A stretch of 64,000 nt of DNA from the human T2T-CHM13v2.0 reference genome, Homo sapiens. The notes beneath the pieces are model-generated. The model was not told where the DNA came from, searched no databases, and worked only from the letters and a program-made list of their open reading frames with translations. Where the stretch lies: the NCBI RefSeq assembly GCF_009914755.1, contig NC_060935.1. One strand, given 5' to 3'. Of the stretch, positions 40,721 through 56,233 are shown piece after piece. Position 1 is the first letter of the stretch. Each line of letters opens with the position of its first letter. A program made the position numbers and the translations under genes.

Positions 40721-42420
40721 ACATCCTTTGGTTTCCTCTCACTCTGAAACCTGCAAAGTCCTCATACTTGGTGGGGTCAAGGGAAGAAAAAGACATCTGG
40801 GAATCTCTTTTTTTAATAGACTTTTCAGATAATTTTTTTTTTAAGAAAGCAAAAAAATTTGAAAATTGTATTCAATACCTTCTATTTGCTTATCTGGGAC
40901 AACCTCAGACTTTGATGATGTATGGTCAAAATCTTTGGTCAAGTCACTTTGCTTCCATAAGCCTCATTTTTGTATCTGCGAAATAATCTTCACAGGTTGT
41001 TTAAGCCCCCATAATACAACATACAGGGAAGGACGTACATCCCATGATACAAAATACAGGGAAGGACTTCGTGCACATCAAAGTCTGCAAATAGAAGAAT
41101 TCACTACTATTCCGATGTGCCTAAGGATACTCCTACCATCTATGTCCTGAAGTTTTCACACTACAAAGACTAGCAAGAAGTGCACCTTTCTCTTAGAGTG
41201 TCAGTTTCGGTAAGCAAGACTTCCTGCTTGGGAAGTCCACAGGGATTTTCTCCCATCAATATTAAGAGGAGGATGTGGGGCAGCTTGAAGTCTGCAGATC
41301 TGTTCAGCTGTGGCTCAGTGAGCAGCTGGTAATACAGCATTTATATCATGCTGGCTCAGCTAAGAATACTCTTTCTATTCTTGCCTGCTTTTTGTTTTAT
41401 TTTGTTTTCAGGCTGAGGTGTGAGGGAAAGGAGCAGTATCTGGATGCATTTTACAGTTAAGGATGTAGTTATCTTGCATTTTATAAGCCAGGGACTACTT
41501 TCAGCCAACCTCAGCAATAAAGAGAATGGCCCCATTTGTCAGGGAAGCAACCAACATCTGAAAGACTGAGTGAGAATTAAAAGTCCACAAGGTCCTTACT
41601 CCTGGATTTTTACATAGATAGGATATTGATGCTTCCTTTTATTACAATCACAATCACTAAGAGTAATACAGAGCTGCAGGATTGAAGATAATGAAATAAA
41701 TCTAAGATGATATTATTGCATACCATATGATGTATGTGCAAGAGAGCATTCATGTTAGAACAATATTAGAATGTGATTCCAGTAATATTTTGTGGAGATA
41801 CAACTACTGTTATTACGGAAAACATCAGTACAGATGAAAAATAATTGATAGATACAAATCAGGAATGCAATCCTCTTGTGCTTTGACAAAAATTATTAGA
41901 CCCTAGAAGGTCTCATAATCTATTACTAAAGAGAACCCATTGATCAATACCGATACAATAAGATGTTGGTTTCTCAATGTGAATTTACTAATTTAATAAT
42001 GGTTAACATTTATTAAGTACCTACTAAGGAACAAGCATTCCACTATGTGCTTTACACACATAATTTAAAATGACTTGTTACCAAAAGCTTATATGTTCCT
42101 CGGAAACTTATGTCATAAGAAAATAAATTATCTTCACATGCTCACATGAGAATCGCATGGTTATTTGTCAATAAATATTTTTCCATTCATAGTACAATTA
42201 TTATGTAGGTCATCATTTCCCAAGTGGGTTTCATATAGCACTATTAATTTGCAAAGTGTTAACAGATGTTCCATAAAAATAGTGTTCTATATTCAAGTAC
42301 ATTTAGAAAACATTGAATTGAATACAATTAAACATGATTATTTAACACAAGACTTCTTGAATTCTTCAAATAATAATTTTTACATATCTCTGTAAAAGGA
42401 AAATAGCCTAAACATTTCCC

Positions 42421-42801
<381 letters not shown>

Positions 42802-43887
42802 TCATGACAATTCTGTTAAGATAAACATACACCCTTTAAAAGAAGAGTGGCAGGACCATGTTATTTCTCAAGATATTTTGATAATACATTTAATATCCCT
42901 AGTTTTCCTGTTGTTTGACAGGCATTCAGTACAAAACTGGAATTTCTGTCAAGACTAAGGAGGACCAGGGAAGAAAACTGATTTCAAAGAGGCTACACAA
43001 ATTCTTGACCTGTCAAAGTCCCACAGTGGCAATAATGTCTATGAAATTAGTTAGCAAAACCAGAGAACCTTTTATAGAAATGACTGACCAGCCTCCACTG
43101 TCTGATAATGTACAGAAATCTTACATGTGGCATAATCATCACAGAGAGCCTCTTTCACAACATTCACTTCTACTTCTGAAAGCATGTCCAGTTGAATTCA
43201 GGTTATACAATGCCACTTCTCTAAATCATTTTTCCTTGCAGACCACAACACAGCATCAAATGACCTATACCAACGTTTCTCAAAAGCTGAATGGAAAACT
43301 CTTCTCATCTTTCAAGAGTCCCTAAAACTAGTACTTTTAACATCCTGAAATGAGATTTCAATGCCCTACATTTAAGAAGGGGAAAGAAACAATCACCAAT
43401 ATTTTTCCTACAATGGGTTTTGATTTGATAATCCAATAAACGTGATAAATCTCAAACTCTGATAAATGAACAGATGAAAAAACCATGTGACCTGCAAACT
43501 TTTTGTTAGTATCTCCATTCTGCCCTAAAATACTCAATACTTTTCAATCTTACCAAAGAAAATTACTGTTACTAAATGTAACATAACACCAAATACAAGC
43601 CCTAGCTGTGCTTCTAGAAACAGGTATCATTAGAGATTAGATTTTATTGGACCTGACAATGAACTCTTATCTTCCCCACCCTACTTCAGCTTCCTGAATT
43701 GATTCACCTCTGAAAATACAGTACAAATATTCAAAGGTCAACCATTGCTGACAAGAATGGTGTCAACGTAGTTAGTTGTACAGTCTAGTCTCTCTGAAAT
43801 CTTGCTATCATTTACCTTTTCCAATATTATCTCCAAACTTTCACTGCCTTCTTTTCCAACCACAAAACCTCTCTCTTGCTCATTAAG

Positions 43888-43910
43888 ACACACACGCACA
43901 CACACAAACG

Positions 43911-43949
<39 letters not shown>
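43888..43949. repeat. (CA)n(CG)5(CA)n microsatellite
   Basis: CGCGCGCGCG at 43909-43918 followed directly by ~15 CA units. Confidence 0.95.
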
Positions 43950-43950
<1 letters not shown>

Positions 43951-44251
43951 AGTTGCAGGAACATTCCTCTAAACCAAGGATTTAATGTGGATTTAGTGCT
44001 TCAAAGATAGGAACAGTTCATGTCTTCACAGAACCTTCAAGCTTTTTTGTACACTCATCCCCAGGCTTTTGTTGATTTTTCTAACCCTTGTTTTCCAAAA
44101 TGCTTCTGCCCCATTCCAATGTCTTTGTATTTGTTAAGATTTTCCTTATTCACTCATTACATCTTTGTTCCTTCTGTTTTTGTTAACTATAAAAATCTCC
44201 TGACTTTTTTGCGCTAAAGAGTATGTTGGACCTGGGGGCAAAAGATAATTA

Positions 44252-44596
<345 letters not shown>

Positions 44597-45429
44597 ATAA
44601 TTACAATATGGTACCTGTCTGTCTTGGAGGAGTTTACAGCACTGGGGAAATGGATGAAGAAAAAAAGAGACCAACAATTTTTATGCAAATAACATGTGGC
44701 AGACACTGTACTTGTTGCCTAGATTTGTTTTATAGTGTGGTCTTCATATCAACATTATTTATTAAACAGGTATCTATAGTAAATCTATTATTGTTCAGGA
44801 ACTGACTAGACACTAGATGAAAAAGATCTCGGCTCTTAAAAGTCTTACATTCTAATGATGTAGACTTACCAAATACAAGACAATTAACAAATATAATAAT
44901 ACAAATTTTCAAAAATAATCCAACCAAAAGCTGAGATGGAAGAAAACACTGAGATGGTGACCTTGTAGAAAGTCCTAGTTCAGTTAGTATGAGCAGAGAA
45001 AGCATCTCTGAAAGAGTAAAAGGAAATTGGGATATAAACGATGAGAAAGAAATTGCAATGAAAACAGTATCAGGGTATACTATCCCTGGAGCCCCTCTCA
45101 GAATATTGATGCTGAAGCACTGTGAATAAAGAGAGAATGACATGAGATGGAGTAAAACAAGTAAATGTCAAACCAATTAGCATACCACTGAAGGTCTTAA
45201 TTTTGGCTCCACGTCAGCTTTTCCAATCTTATCACCAACCTTTAATAATTCACTTTTTAGACACAGAAATACTTTTTCTCATTATTTCTTCATTCATTCA
45301 TTTAATATATATTGAATGAACACCTGAGGATCACAAGTAAGGAAACCGATTTGATTCTAAATGCAAAATATGCATTAGATAAATTGGTAGGTGTTTTTAA
45401 ATTTTTTTTTGTTTTAGCAACTGATTCAT

Positions 45430-46755
45430 TTGTTTTTATTTTTGTAGATTTGGGGAATATGAGTGCCATTTTGTTACATGGATATATTGTGTAGTGGTGA
45501 AGTCTGTAATCATAACCTGAATAGTGTACATTGTACCCAACAGATAATTTTTCATCCCTTAAATTCCTCTGACTGTCCTCCCTTTTGGAGTCTCCAATGT
45601 CTATTATGCCACTCTGTATATCTATGAGTATCCATTGTTTAGCTCCCCCTTGTAAATTCCTGATTCATTTCACGTAGGATAATGGTCTCCAACTGCATCC
45701 ATGTTGCTGCAAATAACATGATTTTATTCTTTCTTATGGCTGAGTAGTATTCCATGGTATATATATACCAAATTTTCTTTCTCCTACCACCCATTGATGG
45801 ACATTTAGGTTGATTCCATTACTTTATTATTGTGAATAATGCTGCAATATACATACAATTGCAGATATCTTATATAAGGATTTGTTTTCCTTTGGGTAGA
45901 TATTTAATAGTGGACTTGCTGGATCAAATGGTAGTTCTATTTTTAGCTCTTTGAGAAATCTCCATACTGTTTTTCACAGAGGTTGTACTAATTTACATTC
46001 CCACCAATTTGTATAAGCATTCCTTTCTTTCCACATCCTTGCAAACATCCAATTTTTTTTATTTTTTAATAATAAGCATTCTGACTAGTGGAAGATGGTA
46101 TTTCATTGTGGTATTTATTTTCATTTTTATTACAATAACTAATTTGCATTGATGTTGAGCATTTTTTCATATGTCTGTTAGCAGCTTGTATGTCTTTTAA
46201 AAAACATCTGTTCATGTTTTTGCCCACTTTGTGGCAACTCATGGAAGACAACACAGAGATGGTGGCTGTGTGGAAAGTCCCAGTTTAGTTAGTATGGGTG
46301 CAGAAAGCATCTCTGAAAGGAATAGGGTTTTGATGGCTTTGATGGGTTTTGTTTTGATGAGGTTTTTTTAAATTGTTAAATTGTTTGAGTTCCTTGTAGA
46401 TTCTAGATATTAGTCCTCTGTTGGATGCATAGTTTGCAAATACTTCTCTCATTCAGTAAGTTGTATGTTTACTCTGTTATTTCTTTTCCTGTGCAAATTT
46501 TTAGTTTAAGTCAAATTTGTCTAGTTTTATTTTTGTGGCCTTTGTTTTTGCAGCCTTAGTCGTAAATTCTTTGCCTAGGCCAATGTCCAGAAGAGTTCTT
46601 GTTTGTTTGTTTGTTTGTTTTCAGTTTTTTTTAGGTTTTCTTTTAAGAATTTTGTAGTTTCAGGTCTTATATTTGAGACTTTAATTCATATTGAGATAAT
46701 TTTTGTATATGGTGAGAGACATGGGTCCAGTTTCATTTTTTTGCATATAGCTATC
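45430..46755 (-). mobile_element. L1PB-like 3' fragment (3'UTR plus end of ORF2), degenerate, with a foreign insert at ~46231-46350
   Basis: TTACATGGATATATTGTGTAGTGGTGAAGTCT, ATGGCTGAGTAGTATTCCATGG, GATGTTGAGCATTTTTTCATATG, GGTGAGAGACATGGGTCCAGTTTCATT. Confidence 0.88.
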
Positions 46756-47123
46756 TATGATTAATATTTTTGGAAAAAAGGAGTTTGTCTGTCCACTCTA
46801 GAGAGAATAGGTTAGAAGAAAACTAGAGTGAAAGGGGGAGAAAAATTACTGACATGGCATAATCTAATGATGATGGTGAATTGGGGCCAGTTACAATTTA
46901 AAAAGAAACAGATTCCAGATATATTTTATAGGTTTTATCTATGGTCTCCTTTTAATTTTTACTTTTTAATTTTCTCAGCATCAAGAGAACTATGTAAGCT
47001 TTTTTAAAAAAAGCACAAATCAAATGACAGTTACGAGGAGAGTAACACACTACATATGTTTTTTTAAAAAAAAAGTATAGTCTAATAAAACAGTCTCCAG
47101 CTTAAAGATTCCATCTATTGGAC

Positions 47124-47490
47124 TGATATGGTTTGGTTCTATGTCCCCACCGAAATCTCATCTCAAATTGTAATCCCCATGTGTCACGGGAGGGACCTGG
47201 TGGGAGGTGACTGGATCATAGGGGCGGATTTCCCCCTTGCTGTTCTCATGACAGTGAGTGAGTTCTCACGAGATCTGGTAGTTTGATAAGTGTCCAGAGC
47301 TCCCTCCTTCTTGCTCTCTATCTCCTGCCACCATGTAAAATTGTCCTTGCTTCCCTTTTGCCTTCTACCATAACTGTACTTTTCCTGAGGCCTCTGCAGC
47401 TATGTGGAACTGTGAATCAATCAAACTTCTTTTCTTTATAAATTACCCAATCCCAGGTAGTATCTTTATAGCAGTACTAGAGAACTCAAT
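47124..47490 (+). mobile_element. THE1D/MSTA-type solo LTR, 3' end degraded
   Basis: TGATATGGTTTGG...GAGTGAGTTCTCACGAGATCTG...CTTTATAAATTACCCA...CTTTATAGCAGT. Confidence 0.88.
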
Positions 47491-47989
47491 TACTATAATA
47501 ATGCTGAGATAATAAGTGAGTCATGAAGAGCCAAGCCAGTCTTCTCAAGGGTAGAGAGAGGGAAGAGACAACACTCTCTTTCTTCTGTTTTTAAGGACTA
47601 TTTAATATGCATGACTAAAGAAATGCAACACTGGAGCTGCATAGAAATTTAGACCTATATCAGCTGTATTTGTTTTTGCCAGGACTATAACTGAATATGC
47701 TAAGGGAATCTGAATGTCTTAAGCAGAGTCAAGAATCCAGAATGAGGAACTGAGGCTCACCCTCACTTCCCCTCCTAGCGTTTATTTTTTGTGTGTGTGT
47801 TGGTGTGACAGACAAAGGTGGAAGGTAGAGGCAAAATGGAAGTAGAAAAGCAGAATCATTAGCAGTCAGGGTGGCTGAGATAGGAACAATAGGGACTTCC
47901 TCTGGATATGAGGCATATGGAGATCTTCCAGGATCCCATGCCATGGTTTATCATGGTGGGCTAGAGGGTTTATCAGCCACCCCAAAGTT

Positions 47990-48410
47990 ACTTTCAACGC
48001 TCTTTTTTTTTTTTCCACATCTCATATGTTTTCTCAGCCTCCATTTTAAGTAGAGATACCCAAATTGACTCAATCTTCATTCAGAGACTTAAGCTGGGGG
48101 CCTCTGAGAAAATTTATTTTTTTCCAGTTAAAAAAAAAAAAAAAAAGATAGATGTAACTGGCATGTCTCTTCCTTCTATTTCATTCCTTCTGCCTTGAAT
48201 GTAGAGAAGATGGCAAGAACTTCAGCAATTATCTGGCAACAAAGAAATAAAGGCCAACAGGGCTCCCACCCTTGACACTGTTAAGTCACAGAACTATGAC
48301 CTACAATTTCTGGACTTACTGTTAAATGAGAAAAATGAACTCCAATTCATTTAGGTTTCTTGAGTCAAATTACTATTACTTATAGCCAAGAGTTATATTA
48401 ACTGGTCCAA
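47990..48410 (+). mobile_element. Old MLT1J-like LTR
   Basis: CCTTCTGCCTTGAATG...TTCTGGACTTACTGTTAAATGAGAAAAATGAACTCC...TTACTTATAGCCAA. Confidence 0.55.
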
Positions 48411-48539
48411 ACATCTTCTGCCCTCAGAAATAAAACAGAAATTTAGGAAGGTTTAAAAAAATTATAATAATGCAATCATCATTAGTATTTCAGTATATTA
48501 CTATTCAGTCTTCAAATTTACATATGCATTAATATTTTC

Positions 48540-49288
<749 letters not shown>

Positions 49289-49746
49289 TGTTGCTTCTTT
49301 CTTGCTATAAAAACAGCCATTAGATTTTTATACTGTATAATCTGACATAGTTCATCTGTATAATCTGAAATAGTTCATCTATCTTCAAATTTCTGCCCAA
49401 CAATTACAATGACTTATGTATGCAGAATGTTCTGCATTGCAGAAAATGCTTTTGAGGCATGTATGATTCTCATTTAACAAAGGAAAAAGCTGATTTCAGA
49501 AAGCATAAGGGTATTGCTATGAAATGGTACAGCTTATACTTTTGATTTCTAGTCCAAGACCCCTTCTAGTTATTTATTTATTTATTTATTTATTTTTATG
49601 TTTGCTTCATTTTTTTTTTTTTTTTTTTTTGCTTCAACATAGGTGCAAATCCAACCTCATCATATTAACACTGACTTGAAAGACAAATCCCAAAAAGAAT
49701 TAACGAAGGCTTAGAAGAAACAAATTAGCGGAAGGAAACAAATTTT

Positions 49747-50058
<312 letters not shown>

Positions 50059-50075
50059 TTAATAAAGGGAGTCTC

Positions 50076-50443
<368 letters not shown>

Positions 50444-50698
50444 GGGAGCCTCAATTTCATATTACCTTTTCCTCTGTTCCCTGAGTATGTATTTTGGGCA
50501 CATGTGGCACAATGTGAAACATCACAGAAGAGCTAAGAGTAGCCTCAGAGCAGTCTGATATTAGTGGAACACAGGTAAATTCCACAGATGCGAAGGAATT
50601 TCCGAACCTCTAATGCTTTGAAATATTTATAAAAACAGACAAGCCAGTAGCTATAAAACATGGTGGTTTGAAGAGAAAAAAAGTAATAATAATGAGTA

Positions 50699-51040
50699 CA
50701 GTTGGCTCTCTGTATGTGTGGGTTCTGAACCAGTGGATTCAGCCAACCACAGATGGAAAATATTTTAAAAATATGCACAGTTGTGTCTATACTGAATTCA
50801 TACAGACTTCTTTTCTTGTCAGTATTCCCTAAATAATACAGTATAACAACTAACTACATAGCATTTCTGTTGTATTACAATTTATAAATAATCTTGAGAT
50901 GATTTAAGTGTATGGAAGGATGTGTATATGTTGTATGAACATACTAAATCATTTTATATAAGGAACGTGAGCATCCATGGATTTTTGTATTCACGGGTGG
51001 GTGCTAGAACCAATCCCTCATGGATACCAAGGGACGACTA
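50699..51040 (+). mobile_element. MER2 (TcMar-Tigger)
   Basis: TA-CAGTTGGCTCTCTGTAT...ATACAGTATAACAACTA...GGATACCAAGGGACGACT. Confidence 0.88.
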
Positions 51041-51330
51041 TTAGCTTGTATGTGGTGGCTCCTTCATCATCCAGTAGAGTAATCATTGAACCACAGTAGA
51101 CGAAGATGTGTCTTGCAAGCTTCTAGGTGACAGATCTCAATGAGCGTTTAATAGTTGGTCTGCATGAACTGAAGTGTTTATGCAAAAAGTCATTGGCTAC
51201 ATAATAAGCTTGAGTACAAAATTGGGTAGGGAAATGAGATTTTAGAAGATACAATGATTAAGTATAGAAAAGTGGAGAGAAAATAAGATTGAGTCATATT
51301 AGTATCAGGACAGGAAGTCTAACTTAATTT

Positions 51331-51631
<301 letters not shown>

Positions 51632-52384
51632 TAATTTCTATTCTTTTCCCCTTAGCTCCGGCAGTAAACTGTACCTCAAAACTAGAAGAAAGGAAGATTT
51701 AACATGCAACCTTCGCTTCACCATCTCTCTTCCTTCCCATGTTCCAGAAGATTCTGCATAATGAAAACACTGTAATCTCTCAAGAAATATCTCATAAAGA
51801 GTGCATGAGAAAATCCCTTCTCCCCAGAGCTTATTTCTCTCGCATTTTAATTCTGAATGAAGGGATCATAAAAGCATATCAAGATCCATGTTGCCCCACA
51901 AAGGACATTCTGAGGCAACCTGAATGCCCCCCCACCCACGTGAGATAGCAAGTGATTTTTAAGGGATGGAGTAGGCTATAAAAGGGAGTCACTGGGAGAC
52001 AAAAGGAGTAAATGGAAGAGGGAAAGGAAAGGAGAAGAAGAAGGCACTGAGGCTGGCGTCACAGTCTTGTATGGAGGCAGAGTGAATGGTGCAATGAAAA
52101 GTTCCCAGAAGGGTAAATCAGAGGACCCATATTTAAATCTTGAATTCCCTACCTATTGGTTGCATAATGTTGAATCCATCACTTAATCTTTTAATCTTCA
52201 GCCTTCCCATCTGTAATACGTGAACAATAATTACACCTTTCTTAAAGAGTTACTGGAGGAATTAAATATAAATGTGTGAATAAAACATACAAATTATTTT
52301 ATAACAAAAAAAGAACTTTTTTTCTTTCTTCAAATGAAGATCCAAGCAGGAAGAGGGAATCCACAGTGTGTATGAATGAGTGAC

Positions 52385-52432
<48 letters not shown>

Positions 52433-52434
52433 TG
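52385..52434. repeat. (GT)n microsatellite
   Basis: ~21 GT units. Confidence 0.95.
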
Positions 52435-52810
52435 TTATGTAAAACTTACTGCCATAGATGTTTGGGGAAAATGTGTTTCCTTTTTATGTTGAAGCTGTTA
52501 ATCATTTAGATGACATTACTTATAAAATTCAGTGTCAGACACATAGTAGGTTCTACACATTTATTTGTTGAATAAAAAAATGACTCAATAATAACGTTAA
52601 AACAAGTGAAAGTGAATGAAGGTCAAGCTCCCAATTAGCAAAGTCTAGACATTTAATAAAAGCTGCTCTGCAGTTGCAAAGATATCCATTCACTCTACCA
52701 GGTTACTCTTTTTCAAGAAAACACAGTAGACAACAACTTGAAACTCACAGATCTATTCCTGCCCCAGCTTAAATTCTAGGAAATGAGTAATGCTTGTGTA
52801 ATATATAAGC

Positions 52811-53337
52811 CTGTTCGAGTTAACTATTCTCTGTAATAAACCACCTCAATACGGAGAGACTTAAAACAAAAGTTATGCATATCTAACCATCCTCTGCATT
52901 GGATGGGTGATTGCTCTGCTTGTTTTTCCTTTACTCACTCATGCACCTGCATTCAGCTAGAGAACAGGCTGGGCTGGAAGGCCCAAGTTAGCCTCACTGG
53001 CAGCTTGTGCTGGCTGTTAGTGACATGCAATGAAGGGGACTGAGAGAGTTGTGGGTCAGTTTTCCTATATGTGACTTCCACTAGGCTGGATGGGTTTTCT
53101 TTCTCAGTGGTCCCAGGGCAGTTCTCCAATGGAGGAATATGGAAGCTACAAGGCTTTATAAGGCCTATCCTTGTAGGTTATGTAATGTTATTTCTTCCAC
53201 ATTCCATCAAAGTAAGCCACAAAGTCAGATTCTAGGGGTAAAGGAACAGAATCCACACTTTCATGGGGTGTCATATTGCAAAAGAATGCACATACCAGGA
53301 TATGTGGAATTTGTGGCCTTATTTTTCTATTTACCTC
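52811..53337 (-). mobile_element. MLT1 (H-like) LTR
   Basis: TGTAATAAACCACCTCAA...CTTAAAACAA...CTGCATTCAGCT...CATTCCATCAAAGTAAGCCACAAAG. Confidence 0.6.
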
Positions 53338-54659
53338 AGAGAATTGAGGCCACATGTGGCCCCTTTCCTTACCAAGGAGACTGTGGTTCATTGTTGCTAG
53401 ACCATGTGCACCAAAAGACCATCTGTTTTAAGTTTAACAAGTAAAGTCCTTACAGAGTAAAGAGCAAAGGAGTTCTGAAATCACAAAACTAAAGCAAAAA
53501 TGATGTCATATTGAACATCTGATCAAAACACAGTAATCAGGAGAAATAGAGAAAAGGAAGCAGACAGAGTAGGCCATCGTTTTAATTATGCAGAAGATCT
53601 GGGCTTGGAAGACACATTTTTAGCATAAAGCATGCTATGAATGTGACCATATGTCTGGTAGAGTATAAGCTCCTTTAAAACAGGACTGCATCTTCTCACG
53701 TCCCAGCTCTAACAATTATTAGCTGTATTATCTTTGCAAGTTACTTAAGCTCTCCTAAGCCTCATTTTCCTCATCTGTAAACTAGACATAATAATATTAC
53801 CTGCATATGTTTATACTAAGAATTAAATAAGATTTATGTTCATCCTCATCACGGGCATAGAATCAATACATGAAATATGTAACTAAGAAATTTCCCAGTT
53901 TCCAATTACAAATTGTACTAAACCCTATTTTGAAGCTATTAAAACCCCATGAAAAATAATCCAATCTTAATTATTTAAAAACACTATGATATCTTAAGTT
54001 CTAAAGGGTGAGAATTTAGAATCCCATGGAAGTTGGTGGATACTTTGCCTTTCATTTTTGTCCCCAAAGTAAGTTCATTGAGATAATTTGATCAGCAAGT
54101 GTCCTACCTTCTGAGAATATGTGAAGAACAACTTAGTAGGTAAAAGTACCGTAACTGACAAGATTCCAAGGTCGTAATACCCATTAATGTGCTTACAATG
54201 GTAAGACAACCCTGAAAGTATATAATACAATTTAACTAAATATAGCACCACAATCTACGACACAAAAATGTTCCAACATTCACTCAAATCCTGATTCAGT
54301 TAAAACATAAAATAGTTACAATGAACTGCCATTCATTCTTCTATCCTGTAAGAAACAGAAGAAAAAAAATCCACACAAATATATTGTACAAATACTTGTG
54401 TGTTTGATAATAATCTTAGCAGCCTCACCTTTGTAGAGGTACATTTGTGGGTGTTTGTTTATATGGTATGTTTTTAACATCTTTAAGGGTTGCTTACAAT
54501 TTTATATCAGCTTGGCTTAATAGTCTTTTTCCTTTATGTTGCCCCTTCACTAATTGGGCAAATGTGATAATTTGTAATGGGTCTCCAACTCATTAGTGTA
54601 ATTTAGTAAGGTTCTACTGTATTTCACCAGACACACAAACGAGGCTGCTGCACACGTCT

Positions 54660-54660
<1 letters not shown>

Positions 54661-54702
<42 letters not shown>
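54661..54702. repeat. Poly(T)42
   Basis: Pure T run with no adjacent Alu body. Confidence 0.95.
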
Positions 54703-54703
<1 letters not shown>

Positions 54704-54850
54704 GAGCTTTACTTCATCAGTGTCCACAGTATTTCTGCTTTAAAATTGAGAAATGATTACCCCTTAATCAGCTATTTGTTACAGTGGGCTACAGAAATAT
54801 ATGTGGTGTCATTAATAAATAATTTCAGGATAGAACTTAGCAACAATTAA

Positions 54851-55163
<313 letters not shown>

Positions 55164-56197
55164 TACATAGAGCTTTAAACTTTAAATCTTATTCTTATAC
55201 ATGCAAACACAGAAACCCTATGTATTCTCTTGTGAAGAAAGGTATTATACATATTTTTAAATGACTTAGAAGACAGCATTTCACAGTATTTCTAAATATA
55301 GATATTTGATTTGTCCTGACATTTGCTATATAATTTTGGCCATTTATTTAACCATCTTTAAAATTTGTATAATACCTACTTCATAGTTGTTTTGGAGAAA
55401 AGATCAAATATTTTTATAATAAATGTAAACTTTTAAACACATAGTAAGTGCTGAATACAAGCTAGTTGTTATCATGATCTTGATTTGACAGATAAGAATA
55501 TTGTACTTTTTAAAAGATACTTACATCTAATGACAGAGAAATGAGATAGTTGTCAAATATATAACCAGAGTTTGCAGATTGGGAAGATTTGAGTTAATTA
55601 TGCAAAGGTAGTCTCTATTCTTCACTTCTAGCAAGGAAGCTGTGGAGTAGGGTAGCCAATATTGCAAGGCTGGAGCTAGCAGAAGCATTGCCTCTAATTT
55701 GAAGCCCTAGGCTACTTAAAACCGTGTAAGTGTACAGAACAGAGGCTAGAGCAAAGGATGTAGATTTGAAAAGGTTTGAAGACATCGTCAAAACAGAAAG
55801 TGGGCCTGGGGGCTTAGGCAGATGTTGGAAAAGTTGGAGCTAAATATGAAGTTGAAGTAAAAACCCAGGAAGAAGGAAGCAAGAAACCAAGAAACTCTAG
55901 CAGGCCATCAGGCGAGAGAATAATCTGAATAAATGTCAAAGATAGGAGGTGTTGCCTAATACTAGCTTGATTTTGTATCTTCTGTGGCTTCCACTGGGTA
56001 AGAAGGGTAGGAAAAAAGATGACATAAGGAGCAAAAAAAAATGTCCCTATATTCTGGCCCTGAAAATCACTAACTACTGTGAGGGGTGAGTAAAATAGAT
56101 AGAAAGGCAGGTTTTTCTGGAACCATACCCAGGCCCAGACAGGAGAGCAAATTAGCTGTTTCTCTGTTTCTCAACCTCCTATCTCTGCTCTCATCAG

Positions 56198-56233
56198 GGA
56201 AGAAGATCAAGGTGTTATTCAAACAGGCACCTG
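56198..56233 (+). other. Candidate 36-nt cassette exon
   Basis: ~35-nt pyrimidine-rich AG-free tract ending CATCAG|, donor CTG|GTAAGT; no transcript evidence. Confidence 0.3.

Noticed and set aside
42915-43325. 136-aa ORF (likewise 44730-45143 and 61706-62137)
   Set aside because: No motif or homology I recognise and no supporting exon structure
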